In this document: positions 1 to 13,276 of the stretch, in pieces
How the letters are laid out: each line of letters opens with the position of its first letter
How positions within the stretch are numbered: the first letter of the stretch is position 1
Assembly (NCBI GenBank): GCA_965153455.1
Contig: OZ234493.1
Span: 4,650,001-4,714,000 of the forward strand
Reading direction: 5' to 3'
Length of the DNA stretch: 64,000 nt
DNA from: Sphagnum compactum
Lineage: Eukaryota
The notes under the pieces: model-generated
What the model was told of the DNA's origin: nothing
The model's database searches: none
The model's input: only the letters and a program-made list of their open reading frames with translations
Position numbers and translations under genes: made by a program

Positions 1-1384
1 AAGAACATGGCATTGCAAAACAAACTTCAACCCCTTACATTCCTCAACAAAATGAGGTGGTTGAATGTGCAAATTGAACAATTATGGAAATGGCAAGGAC
101 CACGTTGCATGCCCAAAACCTCAATCTTAAACTTTGGGTAGAAGTGATGATGAATGTAACATATATTCGTAATTAGTGCACCCCAACAAATGTAGTTGTA
201 ACCAATATTGACCACACATTGCACACATTCAAGTTTTTGGATGCATCACATATGTTAAGGTGCTAGATTGAAGGTGAAGTAAACTTGATGCAAAAGCAAG
301 CAAATGCATGTTTTGGGGTTATTATGAAAACACAAAAATATATAGATTTATGTGTTTGGAGACAATAACAATCATCAATAATCAACATTCATGGAAGACA
401 ACAATGTTTCCAACAATTTGGAGATGCATCCAAGTGGGAGAGATGTGGAGCCAACTCTTATTGTGGACAAATCTTCCAAATCATTCAACAAAGATGATGG
501 AAAAACAAACATTGATAATAATTACTTGATGATATGTAACTAGTAAGTCATGACATACTTGAAATTCCAATAACCAAGAAAAATGCAAATGGTCATAATT
601 AAGAAGTACTTCCAAATGCACAAGTGGAAAACCACACCTATAATGAATAATGATAACCTATAGGGGTGCACAAGTTGCTTGGAGAATGATTGAAGAATCA
701 CATTTTGCATGACCAAATGGAAAAATGCAAATATGGTGTCTCTCAATGATCCAATACACATTGTTGAACCTTGCAAAGTGATGACGTGATCAAATGGAAG
801 AAAGCCATGCAAAAGGAATATGAATCGTTCATGGCTGACAAAACATGGAAGTTGATTCCCCTTCCTAAGGATTGTAAAATCATGGGGTGCAAGTAGGTGT
901 TTTGTATAAAGTGATATGCACCAATCACATTATGCATCACAAGGTGAGGTTGGTGACAAAAAGGTACTCACAAATTATTGATATTGATTTCAAGGAGACA
1001 TTCACCCCTAGTGCCAAATCCATTACCATTAAATGTATATTCACCATTGGAGCTACCATGGACTTGAAAATAGACAAAATGGATGTGAAGATTGCAATTT
1101 TGAATGGAGACTTGGAGGAAGACATTTATATGGACCATCCCGAGGGATTTGTGCACGAAGGTCAAGAATATATTTTGTGCAAGTTAAAAAAGGCAAGGGT
1201 ATGAGTTGAAGTAAAACTTGTATGGGTTGAAGCAAGTTCCAAGGGTGTGGTATAAATGGATTAACATTTTTTTATCACCCAAGGCTTTGAAAGGAACCAT
1301 GCCAATCATTTTTTGCACATTAAACAAATAAGTGAGTTTTTGTTCATTATAATCATTTATGTGAATGGTTTGATCATGTTGACA

Positions 1385-1481
1385 CACTACTACAAAACAT
1401 GTCCCCATTCCATTATCCATTCTACCATTTTGGATGTTGAGTAGAATGGATAATGGAATGGGGACATGTTTTGTAATAGTG
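1385..1481. mobile_element. 97-bp CACTA (En/Spm)-type miniature fold-back element
   Basis: Begins CACTACTACAAAAC and ends GTTTTGTAATAGTG. 41-bp inverted arms (1385-1425 / 1441-1481) with 1 mismatch around a 15-bp loop. 3-bp TSD ACA at 1382-1384 and 1482-1484. Removing it restores the copia RT frame (LIMLTSDIRMIEMM). Confidence 0.9.
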
Positions 1482-1562
1482 ACAAGTGACATAAGAATGA
1501 TAGAGATGATGATAGCAAAGTTTGAAGAGGAGTATGAAATGAATGACCTTGGAAAGTTACAG

Positions 1563-2532
1563 TGTAAAACCATGGGATTCAACAACCTAATTACCATCAA
1601 GGAAAATGTTGTCGAATAGAAAAAAAATAAAAAGAAAAATGAAAAAAATGAAAGTGAAACCTATTTTTTATATGCCTACCATCTTATAGTACTTATTGTC
1701 TTGCAGTAGCTATCATTTAAAAACAGTTACCATCTTGTAATAATTATTGTCTTGCAACAATCACCATCCTTCAATAATTACTGTCATGTTGCACCTATCG
1801 TCATTTGTAGATTTGAAAGAAGAGCTAAAGTGCTTATAGACTTCTTGTAGGTGTTGCTTGCCATCTGCAATACCCACAAACCTGTTATAACTACTACCTA
1901 CCATCTACTACATCAATATAACTTCTACAACCTTTAAATCTAGTGGTTATTTTCATGCTATTGCTTTCTAATGGTATTTACCCTCCTACAACAGCATTAC
2001 CTTCATAATCCAATAGCACGTAAAAGAGTAATTTCATTGTCAAATTAAAAAATCAAACTGAGAAACTAATATTCTACATCAATTAAAAAGGAAATCTTTT
2101 CCCTACCTTCCTAAAATTCAATACAAACAAGAAAAAATAATGCACTTAATTCCACACAACTTTCAACCATTTTCCATTTTACCACACCAAGTACAACATG
2201 GCTCTCCTATCAACTCTCCCAACCTCTCCATATTTCCTCTTACCATGTTACATTGAAAATGATCCCCCTTCTTTTTCCTTAAAGGATAAGGAAATAAAGA
2301 AGGTTGCCCATCACACATGTGGGTTTCCTTATCTTCTTCTTCTTATTCTTATCTTTTCCACACATCCCATTAATTGATTGAATAACAAATACCAATCTTT
2401 ATACTCAAGGACTAACTGGCCCATTAGGTTCATTATTTAGGTAAATAGAACATGGTAAGTAAATCTACCATTAATAACTAATTACTGAAATGTTCATGGC
2501 ACTAATTAACCTAGGAATTTCTACCCTTAACA
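1563..2532. mobile_element. Probable old solo LTR inserted into the copia RT
   Basis: Starts TGTAAAAC and ends CCTTAACA (TG...CA). It splits the RT motif DLGKL|HFCLG. Flanking 5-mers TACAG / TGCAC fit a decayed 5-bp TSD (3/5). Confidence 0.6.
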
Positions 2533-3429
2533 TGCACTTTTGTCTTGGGGTAAAGTTTGTGAGATTGGGTAATATGCACAATCACCATGAACCAAAGGAA
2601 GTACATTAATAAAATGTTGAAATCTTCCAAAATGGATGGTTGTAAACCAATGGGTACACCTCTTGATCCACATGCCAAGCTAATGAAGTTCTTTGATGAC
2701 AAATATGAAAAAAAGTTGTTGCAATGAACGACATTACATACAAATCAACAATAGAGTCATTGATGTATGCCATGATAAGGACACACCTTAACCTTGATTT
2801 TCCCATGAACATTGTAAATCAACATGACTAAACTCAATTAAAGGCATTGGACAACTATCGAGAAAATCATGCCTTACTTCAAGGGAACTTTGGATTTCAT
2901 ATTATGCCTCGAAGGAAATGATATCCATTAAAAAGACATTGTGATGTAGATTGGGCGAATGATGCAAAATGATTGAAAATCTATGACCATCTATGTGTTC
3001 ATGGTTGGAAAAGGAGTCATTTTGTGAAATAACAAAAAATAACTAACCATATCATTATCAAACACAAAGGTGAAATGCATGGCAATGAATCAATGCACAA
3101 AGGAAATCATTTCCTTTTCTTGGGCGTTAAGTGACCAAAAACCTTAAAACATTGGTGTTGTAATTTCATTTTATGATACAAATCACTTAGAATTTGACAC
3201 ATTGCTAGAGATTGAAAAAGGATTACGTTAAAACTTAGAGCAAAAAATAATGGAATTTATGCAAAGAAATTAGTGCAAAAGAGATTTAAATGTTTGCATC
3301 AAAAGTGCAACCTCATTTTGCAATGCCTACATTTGCAACATATCACTCTATCAAATTAGTGTTTTTCAAATTCATCATGACTTCACAACATAATAGATAA
3401 AAGAAGCAACAAGCTTTGAAAGTTTAAAA

Positions 3430-5438
3430 ACGCACTTGAGTCACCAAATGTGGATCCACAAGGTACTTGAATAAGTTCATCTCCCTAGTAAGAGAATTTA
3501 ATATTGAGAAGCTTTGACGACCATTGTTTCACTTGTTGATCCTCCTACAAAGAGCTACTTAATCTTGCCTAGCTATAATGTAAAGTTGCAAGAAACACAA
3601 TACCAAAAATAAAGAATGCGAGTTCACACCTTCTTTGCAAGGCACAACCACCATGTTCTCACATTGCACTTTGAACATCTAGGCTCCTTGCTTGTGTGTA
3701 TATCCCATTACATTCTTTGGTTAGAAGCTTGGGATCATGTACACAAACCCAATAAGTCTCTCAAATGCCATTGTTATTGATAGAAAAATGAGGTCAACAT
3801 AGAAACATAATTGTGAAAGACAACATTCTACAAGATTGCAAAGAAAACACAATACAATTCCATGACATTGTAGAGAAATCTCCACACTTTTTTATGATAT
3901 TGCAAAGAAAAATCCACACAATTCTACAAGATTGCAAAAAGAATTGCACAATAAATACTTGGAAGATAATAAGAAAATAGGTGTAGACATAACCTTAGGA
4001 GAGTAGCTCACAAAACGACAAATTGTCATCACCTTTGTAGTTGCCATGACTCCTCCACTAATTTCATCATCTACTAATATCAATGATAGGTGTTGAAAAA
4101 CTAAACGAATATAATATCTCTAAAATTGCAACAAAAGAAATCTATGTGAACAACACACTTTGAAAATAAACAACACAATAAGTGTAGCAAAAAGACATGA
4201 ATCGTTCTAGAACATTTGCTAACAGATCAATTGTTAGTCACTTTGTCAATTTGCCATCACTTTGCCTTGTTGCATCTGTAGTTGACATCATCGAAGCTAA
4301 GTCCCAATAGCTAAAGAAACTTCTAACAAATGTAATGCTCATTTTTGAAGAAATTGAGACACAAATCTACAAAAAGTTTCCCAAACCAAGAACATGACAC
4401 TCTTGGCTCCATTTAGAATGGGTTTCTTTGAGCAAGAATTGTTCAACAATAACACCATAATTGCATAGTCTTGGAATTTCTGCAGCTATGCAAAAAGCTT
4501 CATGTCCTCCAGGTCTATACCTGTTTGTGTCTACAAGCCTATCACAATGGACTGAACCATTTGCTTGCTAATTCTTGCAACACATCACCCTTGCATCATC
4601 ATCAATTAGGAGCAAATTGCAAACAACAGGGTCACATCCTCATCACCAACTCTAGACATTCTTCTCATTCCCAAGTTGTAATTAACACTTGGGAACATAG
4701 TTGTTAAGAAAACCCTGATTGCTCTAAAACCTGAAAAGCTCCACCCAAGTTTTCCTCTTCACCATTGTGCCCCCTCAAAACAACCTGCTTGAATTCAACT
4801 TACTTGACTCATGAGCATGGGAATCTGAAACTGAAAACCAGAACCCTTCTTCAAATGGGCAAAATACTAGTGGTTCTCTCTCCTTGTTGATACCATTCAT
4901 TCTTGAATATTGGCAAGTGTTGAACAATTTGTGAGTTTCTGTCGAAATTTGGAACACGCCATTCATTCTTGAATGTTGCAAGTGTTGCACAATTTGTGGG
5001 TTTCTGTCAAAATTTGGAAGACTCAGCCATGATGCTCACTTGCAAACAAAGAACATGGCAAGGAGAACGAACACTAAGCACTCACATACTACATAGAAAC
5101 TAGAAGAAGAAACCAATGCAATCCATATGATGGAAAGCTCCTCTTTAATCCTCATGTTCCTGCATTTAGTTCTTCTCCAAATGAAAAAATTCTTCAGATT
5201 TGCACACACATTCCTTGAGCTTCTCTTGACGTTCAACAACTTGTAAGCAAATCTCCATCGTCTTACTGCATCGAGATTACAGCAAAATTTGCAACTGCAA
5301 TAACCTATCCATGCAGCTTTCAGCAGACTCAATGAAGAAGGGATTCGGAAAGTGGAACACATAAGAAGCTTTCGTTTCTGTGATGAAAGAAGTTTGCTCA
5401 AATTCCAAAGATAAGTGCTGACACTTCTTGTAATCCAT
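3430..5438 (-). pseudogene. Decayed, unidentified protein-coding remnant divergent from CSLD
   Basis: Minus frame from ATG at 5438 reads MDYKKCQHLSLEFEQTSFITETKASYVFHFPNPFFIESAESCMDRLLQLQILL*SRCSK...EKN*MQEHED*, with stops interrupting an otherwise protein-like frame. Further blocks downstream include LTIDLLANVLERF (~4200-4240) and EPRCSKCNVRTWWLC (~3640-3690). Family not recognised. Confidence 0.3.
4893..5019. repeat. ~66-bp tandem duplication
   Basis: Two near-identical copies of CCATTCATTCTTGAAT(A/G)TTG(G)CAAGTGTTG(A/C)ACAATTTGTG(A/G)GTTTCTGTC(G/A)AAATTTGGAA. Confidence 0.85.
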
Positions 5439-5627
5439 ATTCCTAGAAACCTCAATTAGAAGAGCAGACTGAAACGTCCTCTAGGAGTGTTGATGCACCA
5501 AGGGGAGAAGAAGAAGAAGAAGGAGAAAACAAAGTGAAGAGTCGTCACTGCGGAGAGAAGAGAGGCAAGGAAAAACAAGACCTTTCAAAACCCCGGTCCT
5601 AGACTTTTGTGTACCTGTAGTCACCAG

Positions 5628-5887
5628 GTCCTGCGGCGCCATTTCAAGTTTTCAGATCCTATTAGTCTCACGGGGAGAGAGAGAGAGTGAGACAAAAGAG
5701 CAAAACGAAAAAGGCGATGGAAGAAAAATTGCAATTCCCGACTACAGGGATTTACGTCCTGCGCCAAATTTTCAAGGTTTCAGATCCTATTCTCACGGGG
5801 AGAGCGCGACAAAAGGGCAAACAAACGGCGACGGAAGAAAGAAACTGCGCTGGGAAAGCGAAAACTGCGATCCCCAACTGCAGGATT
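5628..5887. repeat. ~128-bp imperfect tandem duplication upstream of CSLD
   Basis: GTCCTGCG...TTTCAAG(T/G)TTTCAGATCCTATT...CTCACGGGGAGAG...GACAAAAG...GGCGA(T/C)GGAAGAAA...ACT(A/G)CAGG occurs at ~5628 and ~5757. Confidence 0.8.
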
Positions 5888-6231
5888 CAGCCGGGTTCGT
5901 AGAAGCCTGCTGGACCCGGAGGATGGTTTGGCCATTGAGGTGACGAGTCCATTGTGCAGGCTGGATGGGCCCCGGTTGTTGACACCCGTATAGTTCGTCT
6001 TCCCGCTGCTGGCGGCGTGCCTTGGCGGCTTTCGTGGATCTCCGCACGTCGCCCCCTTCCCTTTAGCTCGTTGACGTTCTCCTCTTCGACGCGGTCGTTC
6101 GGACTCTCTGTAATACATCACTGTAACACGCGATTTATGTGGGGCCCTTCTCTCTCTTGTTCCCTCCTCCCCTTGATTGTTGTTGTTTGCTCATGCTCTG
6201 TCAATTTTGAATCTTGTTGTGAGGATAGTGC

Positions 6232-6293
6232 GAGAGAGAGAGAGAGAGAGGTTCTCGATTAAGAGATGTTGGAGTACAAAGGCTGAGGGGAAG

Positions 6294-6342
<49 letters not shown>
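6232..6342 (+). repeat. (GA)n microsatellites in the probable CSLD 5' UTR
   Basis: GA runs at 6232-6250 and 6296-6342, directly upstream of the ATG at 6364. Confidence 0.95.
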
Positions 6343-6343
<1 letters not shown>

Positions 6344-6363
6344 AGTTTCGGTTTGGGGTGATT

Positions 6364-9300
6364 ATGGTGTCGCCGAGGTCGGCTGCGACTGGCGGGGCGT
6401 TGGGATTCCGTGGAGGTGTGGCGATGAGACAAGGGGCGCAGAATGCTGCAGGTGGGGTGGTTGTGGAGAATTCCAGTAGCAACAACATCCCTTTGCATCA
6501 TCCTCAGGCGGCGGCACGTAGAGGAGGCGGAGGTCGTTACATGAACTTGTCGCGGGATGATAGTTCCATCGGCGGAGGTGACGACAGTGAGATGGGTTCC
6601 GAATTTCTCTACACTGTGCACATTCCCTCAACTCCCGACCATCAGCTCATGTCCGCCACACCTTCGGTGCGCTCCATGGATCCAGGAATTGCAGTGAAAG
6701 CCGAGCAGCAATTCGTGTCCAGCACCATCTTCACTGGCGGCTTCAATAGCGTGACACGAGGTCACGTGATGGAGAAGATGATGGAAGGCGAGGAGTCCAA
6801 CCATCACCATCCACAGCTTGCGTGCGCAAGGGGGGCTACTTGCTCCGTTGAAGGTTGCGATTCCAAAGCCATGCGAGATGAGCGCGGAGAAGACATGACT
6901 CCATGCGATTGCCAGTTCAAGATCTGTCGCGACTGCTACATCGACGCACTCAACTCGTCAGGGAAATGCCCCGGTTGTAAAGAGGAGTATAAGATTCTCG
7001 ACGAGGAGGAGCGCCCGATGAGGATGATTAGCAATGGAACTCACCACCACAATGGCGGCGGCACTGATTCCTCCTCAGACATCAGAGCTTTACCACCGCC
7101 CCCGTCTTCTTCCGCCGATGACGGCACCAACAAGAATCTGGAGCGACGTCTGTCTCTGCTCAAGGCTCAGCCGGGGGGCTTGCTCATGAGCAATCAGTCC
7201 TCGGACTTCGATCATACGCGTTGGCTGTACCAAACCAAAGGCACGTACGGCTATGGCAACGCCGTGTGGCCAAAGGATGATGGCTACACCAGCAGCAGCG
7301 GCAACAACAACAACAACAACGCACCACATTTGGGCTCGCAGCCTGATTTCAACGACAAATCCAGGCGTCCTCTTTCAAGGAAAGCTAGCATCTCACCAGG
7401 AATCCTTAGTCCATATAGGTAACAACAACACCCTAGTTCCACTTTCTCTCTCAATCCTCTAGACCCATGTGCAATCTTCTCCTCCTCCTCCTCTTCCTCG
7501 ACACCCACAATCCCCACAGAATCCCTGTTAGCCTCTTGCAGTTGTTTCCTTTTTTTTGGCACCTGAAGGAGGAGTTGCTTGTATCAATCTGTGAGAAACA
7601 AAGTCTCAGGGACAGAGAGAATGGAGCTCAATTGTGTATGATCTGCAGAGGAAAAAACACTTGCATTGTGTATGCATCTTCAAGCTTCCTTCTTGCACTA
7701 GATTACAAAGACCACCCAAGTGCTCTGCAAATTCTTTCTTGTTGGCCGGAGTGGAGTGGATTCCTGAAATGCTGCTAACTTCCAGAGGCTCAACATAGAT
7801 AGAGGTCTAGTTTGATTGATTGTGTCAACCTCTGAGATTTTGTGCACACTTTGCCAGGCTCGGTAGTAGCAGACATAGCACCAATCTTTTTTCAATTGAT
7901 GGCAGACTTTTTTTTCCTTTTGTTTTTTTTCATCTTGGTTTTTGCAGATTGCTCGTGGTGATACGGATGGTGGTTTTGGGCTTGTTCCTAACATGGCGTA
8001 TCAAGCATAAGAATGTGGATGCAGTGTGGTTATGGGGCATGTCAGTTGTGTGTGAGATCTGGTTTGCCTTCTCCTGGGTTCTTGATCAGCTCCCAAAGCT
8101 GTGTCCAATAAATCGAATGACAGATCTTCAAGTGCTCAAGGAGAAATTTGAGATGTCTACTCCAAATAACCCGTCTGGAAGATCTGACCTACCAGCTGTG
8201 GATGTGTTTGTCTCCACTGCTGATCCTGAAAAGGAGCCACCAATCACAACTGCCAACACAATTTTGTCCATTCTTGCTGCTGAGTACCCTCTAGAGAAAC
8301 TTTGTTGCTATCTTTCAGATGACGGTGGAGCACTTTTGACATTTGAAGCTTTGGCAGAGGCCGCAAACTTTGCAAGGGTTTGGGTTCCATTTTGTCGTAA
8401 GCATGACATTGAGCCTCGCAATCCTGAGACCTATTTTCTGTTGAGAGGCGATCCCACCAAGGGCAAAACGAGGTCTGACTTTGTCAAGGATCGGCGACGA
8501 GTGAAAAGAGAGTATGATGAGTTCAAGGTGCGCATCAATGGCTTGCCTGAAGCTATTCGTCGTCGCTCAGAGGCATACAATTCACATGAGGAGATTCGTG
8601 CAAAGCGTGATCAAATTGAGACTGGTGCTGATCCCTCAGAACCTTTTAGTGTGCCCAAAGCAACATGGATGGCAGATGGAACCCACTGGCCTGGCACTTG
8701 GACACAGTCAGGCAAGGAGCATGGACGTGGAGATCATGCAAGCATCATCCAGGTAAAAAGACCTACACTCCAATCTTCTCCACAGCCAATGCTTGTAGTA
8801 ATTGAGATTTAGGTTTTATCATACTGGAATCAATTTCATCAGCAGGTTGCATTTGAAGCTTTTTTATATATTCTGACTTGTGATCAAAATCTAGATGTCA
8901 TGATCTACTTGGAACAGGAACTAGCTATAAGCAGGAAAAACAGGCATTTTCCAAAACCCTAATTTCTTGCTAGTTACACTGAGGGAAGAAAGACTGATGG
9001 CTGGGCTGTGACTTTAGGTGATGTTGGCTCCTCCTACCAGTGAACCTTTGATGGGAAGCAATGATGAGGAGAATATGATTGATACATCAGACATTGATAT
9101 CCGCTTGCCGATGTTAGTCTATGTCTCACGAGAGAAAAGACCAGGTTATGACCACAATAAGAAAGCAGGAGCCATGAATGCATTGGTCCGGAGCAGCGCA
9201 ATCATGTCCAATGGCCCATTCATCCTGAATCTTGATTGTGATCACTACATCTTCAACTCAAATGCCATACGAGAGGCAATGTGTTTTTTCATGGACAGAG

Positions 9301-10958
9301 GGGGTGACCGCATTTGCTATGTTCAGTTCCCTCAACGGTTTGAAGGTGTGGACCCGAATGATCGATATGCAAATCACAACACTGTTTTCTTTGATGTGAA
9401 TATGCGAGCATTGGATGGATTGCAAGGGCCTGTGTATGTTGGCACTGGTTGTGTGTTCCGGAGAATTGCACTATACGGGTTTGATCCACCACGGATAACA
9501 GAGTATGGCCCATGCTGGCGCTTCTTCTGTTGCTGCTGCTTGGCAATGAAGAAAGAGAAAAAGCACTCACAGCCAGAGAAACGGGGTTCAGAGGTCAGAG
9601 CTATGACAGGTGCAGGTGGAACTAGTGATGAGGATGATGATATTGAGGCTGCTATGATGCCGAAGCGATATGGAGCATCTGTCAGTTTTGCATCCTCCAT
9701 TGCCGTGGCAGACTTCCAGGGCCGACCCCTTGATGACAAAGGTGTGCACAATGGGCGACCAGCGGGTGCACTCACTATCCCCCGGGAGCCTCTGGATGCT
9801 AGCACAGTTGCAGAGGCCATCAGTGTCATTTCTTGCTTCTATGAAGATAAGACAGAATGGGGGCAGAGGGTGGGTTGGATTTATGGTTCTGTCACAGAGG
9901 ATGTTGTCACAGGTTTCAGAATGCACAACCGTGGTTGGAGATCTGTTTACTGTGTGACCAAACGTGATGCCTTCCGTGGGACAGCTCCCATCAATCTCAC
10001 TGACCGCTTGCATCAGGTCATTTCTCTCTTCCACTACCTGCATGCATGCATCCAGTGATTCCTTGACAATAACTGCAGATTATTTGTTGTTTGCCACCAG
10101 GCCAGCATAGAGTGAGAATGAGACTCTGTGTGGGTGTTTTTCACTGAAGTGGTGGTCAAATCGCAGGTGCTGCGGTGGGCAACAGGCTCGGTTGAGATAT
10201 TCTTCTCACGCAACAATGCTCTGCTGGCCAGCACACGCATGAAGTTCTTGCAGCGTGTGGCATACCTGAATGTGGGCATCTACCCCTTCACTTCCGTGTT
10301 CCTCATCGTCTACTGCTTCTTGCCCGCACTCTCCCTCTTCACAGGCCAGTTCATTGTCCAGTCACTCAACCTCTCTTTCCTCATCTACCTCCTTACGATT
10401 ACTGTCACACTGTTTATGCTTGCCATTCTGGAAGTGAAGTGGTCCCGCATTACACTAGAAGAGTGGTGGAGAAATGAGCAGTTTTGGGTCATTGGTGGCA
10501 CGAGTGCACATCTTGCAGCTGTGTTCCAAGGATTACTGAAAGTCATTGCTGGTATCAATATCTCATTTACCTTAACCTCAAAGTCAGGAGCTGAGGATGA
10601 AAGCGACATATACGCAGACCTGTATGTTGTAAAATGGAGTTCGCTCTTCATTCCTCCAATTACAATCATCCTGACAAACATCATCGCCATAGCTGTTGGT
10701 TGTTCTCGTACCATCTATAGCACAATTCCACAGTGGAGCAAGCTGCTTGGTGGCATGTTCTTCAGTCTATGGGTTCTGTTTCATCTCTACCCATTTGCAA
10801 AGGGTCTCATGGGCAGAGGTGGCCGTGTACCGACTATTATTTATGTGTGGTCGGGCCTGCTGGCTGTTATTATCTCCCTGCTGTGGGTCTATGGCAGCCC
10901 TTCTTCAAGTAACTCTCAAACAAGTGGAGGAAGCAGAGGCTTTCAGTTCCCATTCTAG
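6364..10958 (+). CDS. CSLD: Cellulose synthase-like protein D (GT2), 4 exons: 6364-7418, 7948-8752, 9018-10016, 10167-10958 (~1216 aa)
   Basis: CSLD N-terminal motifs [10 protein letters not shown] and [22 protein letters not shown]-type zinc finger (CSVEGC...[11 protein letters not shown]...CPGC). [56 protein letters not shown], and QVLRW spanning intron 3, followed by C-terminal TM helices. All introns are GT-AG and the joined length 3651 nt is in frame. Confidence 0.97.
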
Positions 10959-12929
10959 AACTCCGACAGCCGAATGCAGCTCCAACCCATCTCTCCTGCA
11001 ACGATTTGGCTGCTCCTGAAACTGCCCTGATGGTGGACCCACTTAACATTGAGCACAGAATGTTGATGTGAAACTTTCTTCATACTCACTGCTTTGAATA
11101 AAGTGGGCAAACCTGGATCACCCATGGATTTTGACTTCGTCATCAACAAAAGGAGAGAGATAGCTACTAAATACCACAACCAATTCACAATGTTCCTGCT
11201 CAGCTAGGCAATGGCAATCTGAGCAAAGATTCATTTGGAGTAAATATTAAACCATTAAGTGGCAGCTGAAATGCACTTTCAGTCCACTCCTTGAAGAAAG
11301 CCTACTTGGTTCCACATGATGACTGCTTTTCGTCTTTGTTACAATGCATTGTTTCTCATGCAAGAAATTTGTAAATTTGTCTTTCAGTACTGATGTGGTT
11401 CCACTAAGTTGGAATTGAGCTCATTTTCAAGGCATCATGTGTTTTTTCATGGAGGTAATATCAATATTCATGTTCAATACTTTGCTGGTATTGGTCTCTT
11501 GAGTCACTACTTATTTTCATAACTATATTATAAATTTGGTTATATACTCATATCATAAAAATATATGAAGTTGACAGTTTGTCTAATATAAGGACTTTGG
11601 TACTGAAAGTTCTTGAAGATTTCTATATTGTTACCCTATTGGTAAAATAGGTATATCATAAATCATATAATTGCTCAACACTGAATACAATGTTGTTCCA
11701 GATTTTATTTTTAAATTCAGAGTCACAAATCCTTCAAGTTTTGGTTTTCTGAAAATTTCTAGAATCAAAGAACCTTCAGCTTCAGCTTTTCTAATATTTT
11801 CAAAGAATCAACAGTTTTCATGAAAGAACTGGTGATTTGGGTTAGGTTATTTGACATGCTTCTTTCAATTTTTAGAACCCCAGTTAAGGATATTGGAGAG
11901 CCAGAAAGGAGGACAACACCTTGCTCTTTTCCTGGCCCATTCTCGAGTTGTAGTTTTGATACTCTGAAGTTTATAGAGATGGTGGAGTTGTAGGAACTTG
12001 CAATCAGTCGATGATAAGTAGGAAAAGTTTGTGCAAGAAAGAATTTTATGTAATTTATTTTGTTTCTTATTTGTTGTATATGTTGCACATTTGCCTTTGT
12101 AGGTGTAAGTTGACACTTATTAGTGGTTACAAGGACCTTGATTTGAAGGTTTATTATGTCTGGCAACCAATCACTGAATTAGTTAAGACCATTTAGCTCC
12201 AAAGGACCCAAAGCAGAAAGAGAAATGTGTGAATGCATATAGTAGCATCACATAGAAAACATGATAGATGTCAAGTAGCTGTGTACCAATTGCTATGTAT
12301 AGTAAGTATATAATGTCGATTGGTGTTCTGCAAACATGTCCTTTCATATTTTTAAAAGTCTTAAAACTGAACATTTTCAAACCTGCATGTCTCATCATGA
12401 AATTGAATTCTTTTGGCACATATCCAAAAACCAATGTAGGTGCTTGCAAAAAATTCAACACTGCAACTGCAGCACGATACTTCTAACTTAACACCTATAT
12501 ATTATACAGTTTTTTAAACATATGAGGCTACTTAATTTCTTAACAATTAGGGCGTGAAGAATCCAGCAATTGATGATGTGACCCACTGTAGATTTGGAAA
12601 TGTACGAAGGAATAAGAAAATGGAAAAGGGAGAAATTATAGAACATCAAGTTAGCTCAAACTAGATGTCAAAATCTCTCCATGTCAAAAACTGACTGCTT
12701 ATAATAAATCAGCTGTATTGGTCTTCAGCATTTTCTCTCAAGTTACCTTGAATTGAAACAATATCATGTTGAAAAAGCTTGATGATTTTGAGAAATGATG
12801 GGCACCCATTTCCTCACAAGTAACCTCCAGTTGAAACAATATCATGTTCAAAAAATCCAGTCTGTGGGGAGAGAGAGAGAGTGAAGTGAAGCTTTAAACT
12901 TAGTAATGTTTTGTTTTTGTGTGTGTGTT

Positions 12930-12950
12930 GGGGGGGGGGGGGGGGGGGGG
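12930..12950. repeat. Poly-G tract (21 G)
   Basis: Direct read; similar tracts occur at 36182-36201 and 44916-44939. Confidence 0.9.
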
Positions 12951-13276
12951 ATGCCAAACGCCAAAGACAAATAAGGCAAGGGTTTTTATTGGTGACCTAA
13001 AATTGGCAAAAGATGGATATTGTTTCATAATTTAGGTAGTATCATAATTTTGAATTTGGATAGATGGCGACCATTGAAAGCAGAAGCTTCTAAACACTTT
13101 GATTATTTTGACCATGTTGTATGGATGATCACCACATCAACCACATTACAAAATTTTGCTAGAAAGTCAAATTAAAAATTTGCTAGAAAGTCAATTGAGT
13201 TTGGAAGTTTCAGTTACCTGATGTAGAAGGGCGCAATAAAGTTTTAAATTGTCAGATTTGTATACTTGATTTTTAT

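Larger units (their letters stand above)
1..3110 (+). mobile_element. Degenerate Ty1/copia retrotransposon pol remnant (integrase C-part, RT, RNase H), interrupted by two nested insertions
   Basis: Manual translation gives the integrase motif HGIAKQTSTPYIPQQNEVVECAN*TIMEMAR (~5-98). RT motifs: HKVRLVTKRYSQIIDIDFKETF, MDVKIAILNGDLEEDIYM, LYGLKQVPR, YVNG (decayed YVDD), EYEMNDLGKL, then HFCLG after the insert. RNase H: CDVDWAND...LS (~2940-3110). The order INT-RT-RH is diagnostic of copia. Many stops and frameshifts. Confidence 0.92.

Noticed and set aside
1184-1619. Same peptide RMDNGMGTCFV on both strands
   Set aside because: A consequence of the CACTA hairpin, not coding.
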